This document shows, piece after piece, positions 35,866-37,489 of a stretch of 37,489 nucleotides of DNA. Below the pieces are notes generated by a model. The model was not told the origin of the DNA, made no database searches, and saw nothing but the letters and a program-made list of their open reading frames with translations. Numbering within the stretch: the first letter of the stretch is position 1; every line of letters begins with the position of its first letter. The position numbers and the translations under genes are program-made. The stretch comes from Candidatus Harrisonbacteria bacterium (GTDB lineage: Bacteria > Patescibacteriota > Minisyncoccia > UBA6257 > UBA11618). The stretch spans positions 1 through 37,489 of the forward strand of contig VGJO01000003.1 of the NCBI GenBank assembly GCA_016867415.1, given 5' to 3'.

Positions 35866-37413
35866 ATGGACAACTTAAATTTACAAACCAAAAAGTTTTT
35901 CCTCTATGCTCGCAAATCTACGGACGAGCCAGAGAGGCAGGTTTTAAGTATTGAGGCGCAAATGTTTGAACTGCGAGAATTTGCCAAAAAAGAAGGCTTG
36001 AATATCGTCCGTGAATTTGTGGAAAGCAAAACCGCCAAAGAACCGGGCAGAGAAATTTTTAACGAAATGGTGGCGAGCATAGAGAAAAATGAAGCCGAGG
36101 GAATTTTAGCGTGGCACCCTGACCGCCTTGCGAGAAATAGTATAGACGGCGGACGAATAATTTATTTGATAGATACTGGCAAAATATCCGCGCTAAAATT
36201 CCCGACTTTTTGGTTTGATCCGACACCACAGGGAAAATTTATGTTGTCCATTGCTTTTGGGCAATCAAAATATTATGTGGATAATCTTTCGGAAAACATA
36301 AAGAGGGGTATTCGCCAGAAGCTGCGAAATGGAATATGGCCCGCTTGGGCGCCACTGGGCTATATAAACGACAAAAACGCTCGCTGTATCACTGTTGATA
36401 AAGAAAAAGCAAAATATATCAAGCGGGCCTTTGAAATGTACGCCACTGGCGAATACCCCCTCGCTCAAATCCGAAAGATTATCAATTCCTTGGGCTTGGT
36501 TGGCAAGAAAGGCAAGATGCTTTCGGTCTCAAATTATCAATATATGCTCAAAAATAAAATCTATTACGGAATTATTGAATACAACGGCGAAATGTATGAC
36601 GGAAAGCATGAACCGATTGTCACAAAGAAACTTTTTGATTCCGTTCAAGAAGTGATGATGAATAAATCTAAACCGAAAACGCCAAAATTGAAACCTTATG
36701 TGTATAGAGGATTTTTCCGTTGCGGAGAGTGCGGTTGCTTCATCACGACCGAAACACAAAAGAGTCATAACTATTTGCGATGCACTAAACGGAAAAATCC
36801 TTGCACGCAAAAATATGTCCGTGAAGAAATCATCACTTCTCAAATAAAGGAAGAAATCAAAAAAGTTTCTTTGTCTTCCGCTTGGGCAAATGCTTCAATC
36901 AATTATTTTGAAAACGAGAAAATGAAAATTGCCCAAGCGGAAAGCTCTTTCGCCCAAAAAGCGAGGCGGGAGCTTGTAGAGATAGAAACGAAACTTGATC
37001 GCTTGCTGGATTTGCAACTGGACGGCAATTTGTCGCAAGCGGAATATACCGCCAAAAAGCACAAGCTCATTCTCGCTAAAAAAGATTTTGAAGAAAAAAT
37101 CATCGCTTTTGGGCGAAAAAGTAATAATCGGTTCGAACTTGCCATAAACTTCATAAAAGAAGCCAACCAAGCCGAAAAATGCGCTCAACAAGAAAATCCC
37201 GAAAGGATTCGGGATTTTCTCAAAAAGATTGGTTCGAACTTCCGCATTGCCGACCGCACTTTGGTTTTGGATTTCAAAAATGCCTTCAAAATTGCGGAAA
37301 AATACCATGCCGAGGCGCTTTGCGCCGAGGCTAATTCTTACGATTTCACAAAAAGTGAAAATTGGCGGTGTGCTTTCGAAAAAATTCGAACTGATTTCGC
37401 CCAAAATTTGTAG
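35866..37413 (+). CDS. Large serine recombinase (resolvase + recombinase + zinc-ribbon/coiled-coil domains)
   Basis: YARKS catalytic Ser, SIEAQ, WHPDRLARN, APLGY, GKHEPIV, Zn ribbon CGECG...YLRCTKRKNPC, coiled coil; 515 aa. Confidence 0.97.
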   Translation: MDNLNLQTKKFFLYARKSTDEPERQVLSIEAQMFELREFAKKEGLNIVREFVESKTAKEPGREIFNEMVASIEKNEAEGILAWHPDRLARNSIDGGRIIYLIDTGKISALKFPTFWFDPTPQGKFMLSIAFGQSKYYVDNLSENIKRGIRQKLRNGIWPAWAPLGYINDKNARCITVDKEKAKYIKRAFEMYATGEYPLAQIRKIINSLGLVGKKGKMLSVSNYQYMLKNKIYYGIIEYNGEMYDGKHEPIVTKKLFDSVQEVMMNKSKPKTPKLKPYVYRGFFRCGECGCFITTETQKSHNYLRCTKRKNPCTQKYVREEIITSQIKEEIKKVSLSSAWANASINYFENEKMKIAQAESSFAQKARRELVEIETKLDRLLDLQLDGNLSQAEYTAKKHKLILAKKDFEEKIIAFGRKSNNRFELAINFIKEANQAEKCAQQENPERIRDFLKKIGSNFRIADRTLVLDFKNAFKIAEKYHAEALCAEANSYDFTKSENWRCAFEKIRTDFAQNL

Positions 37414-37414
37414 A

Positions 37415-37451
37415 GCGGGCGGAATTCCCCCCAGACCCTCCTTCCGCCCGC
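37415..37451 (+). repeat. GC-rich hairpin with C-rich loop after site D, homologous to the hairpin in the 190-bp repeats
   Basis: GCGGGCGGAA-TTCCCCCCAGACCCTCC-TTCCGCCCGC vs GCAGGCGGGCAAAAA-TTCCTTCCCCCCAACCCCCTTCC-TTTTTGCCCGCCTGC. Confidence 0.8.
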
Positions 37452-37489
37452 CCGCAGAAGCGACCCTTTCGGATTGAAAAAACTGCCAA

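Larger units (their letters stand above)
28138..37489. mobile_element. Large-serine-recombinase island with Hsp70/GrpE/J-like/AAA cargo; right end probably beyond the window
   Basis: LSR gene; AATTGGCGGTG repeated at 28138 and 37360; 190-bp inverted repeats; the strong C-rich plus-strand bias of the backbone is lost. Confidence 0.8.

Noticed and set aside
35315-35878. 187-aa plus-strand ORF and related ORFs 35335..35604, 35608..35859, 28152..28382, 28321..28539
   Set aside because: They are translations of the inverted-repeat arms and of the antisense recombinase copy, with no protein-like features; treated as non-coding, although translation is not excluded.
35618-37368. Diversity-generating retroelement TR/VR pair
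   Set aside because: No reverse transcriptase in the window, and the mismatches are not confined to adenines of one copy (e.g. CGAAGC vs CTTTGC, C/T and G/T changes).
1-37489. CRISPR array, rRNA or prophage
   Set aside because: No regularly spaced direct repeats, no rRNA-like sequence, and no capsid, terminase or portal genes.
1-37489. Alternative genetic code 25 (TGA=Gly)
   Set aside because: Long conserved genes are open in code 11 without internal TGA, and dcd ends at TGA just before a terminator.

Overview
Bacterial chromosome segment in genetic code 11. It is most likely Patescibacteria/CPR (Parcubacteria-like); this is an inference from the N-terminally truncated IF2, the short ValS and the many orphan membrane/secreted proteins. 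Bases 1-28100 are backbone: a partial large surface protein, a Planctomycete-type DUF1559 prepilin-like gene, five tRNAs (Ala-CGC, Pro-CGG, Lys-CTT, Leu-TAA, Cys-GCA), CCA-adding enzyme, SIMPL, recG, dcd, tsaD, valS, prsW, a 3D-domain protein, typA, rbfA, infB, DUF805 and a CapA-family gene. Palindromic repeats are dispersed through the backbone, and three copies sit in frame inside tsaD and valS. From ~28138 to the window end is an accessory island. It carries a large serine recombinase (LSR) and a seven-gene cargo operon (XRE-HTH, membrane GrpE-like, Hsp70, J-like protein lacking HPD, membrane coiled-coil protein, AAA+ ATPase, DUF6804-like protein). The cargo is bracketed by 190-bp inverted repeats. 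The main discovery is four related sites (A ~28141 +, B 28305 +, C 35623 -, D 37363 +). Each begins at a TGGCGG-like core and encodes a variant of the recombinase's own C-terminal tail (..R-x5-[VI]RT[FD]F..). B, C and D are followed by a GC-rich hairpin. An inverted ~130-bp copy of the recombinase 3' end lies just upstream of the gene, and a face-to-face promoter pair sits at the HTH gene. I infer an LSR system that inverts or shuffles cassettes and swaps its own C-terminus. No database searches were run; family calls come from motif recognition.
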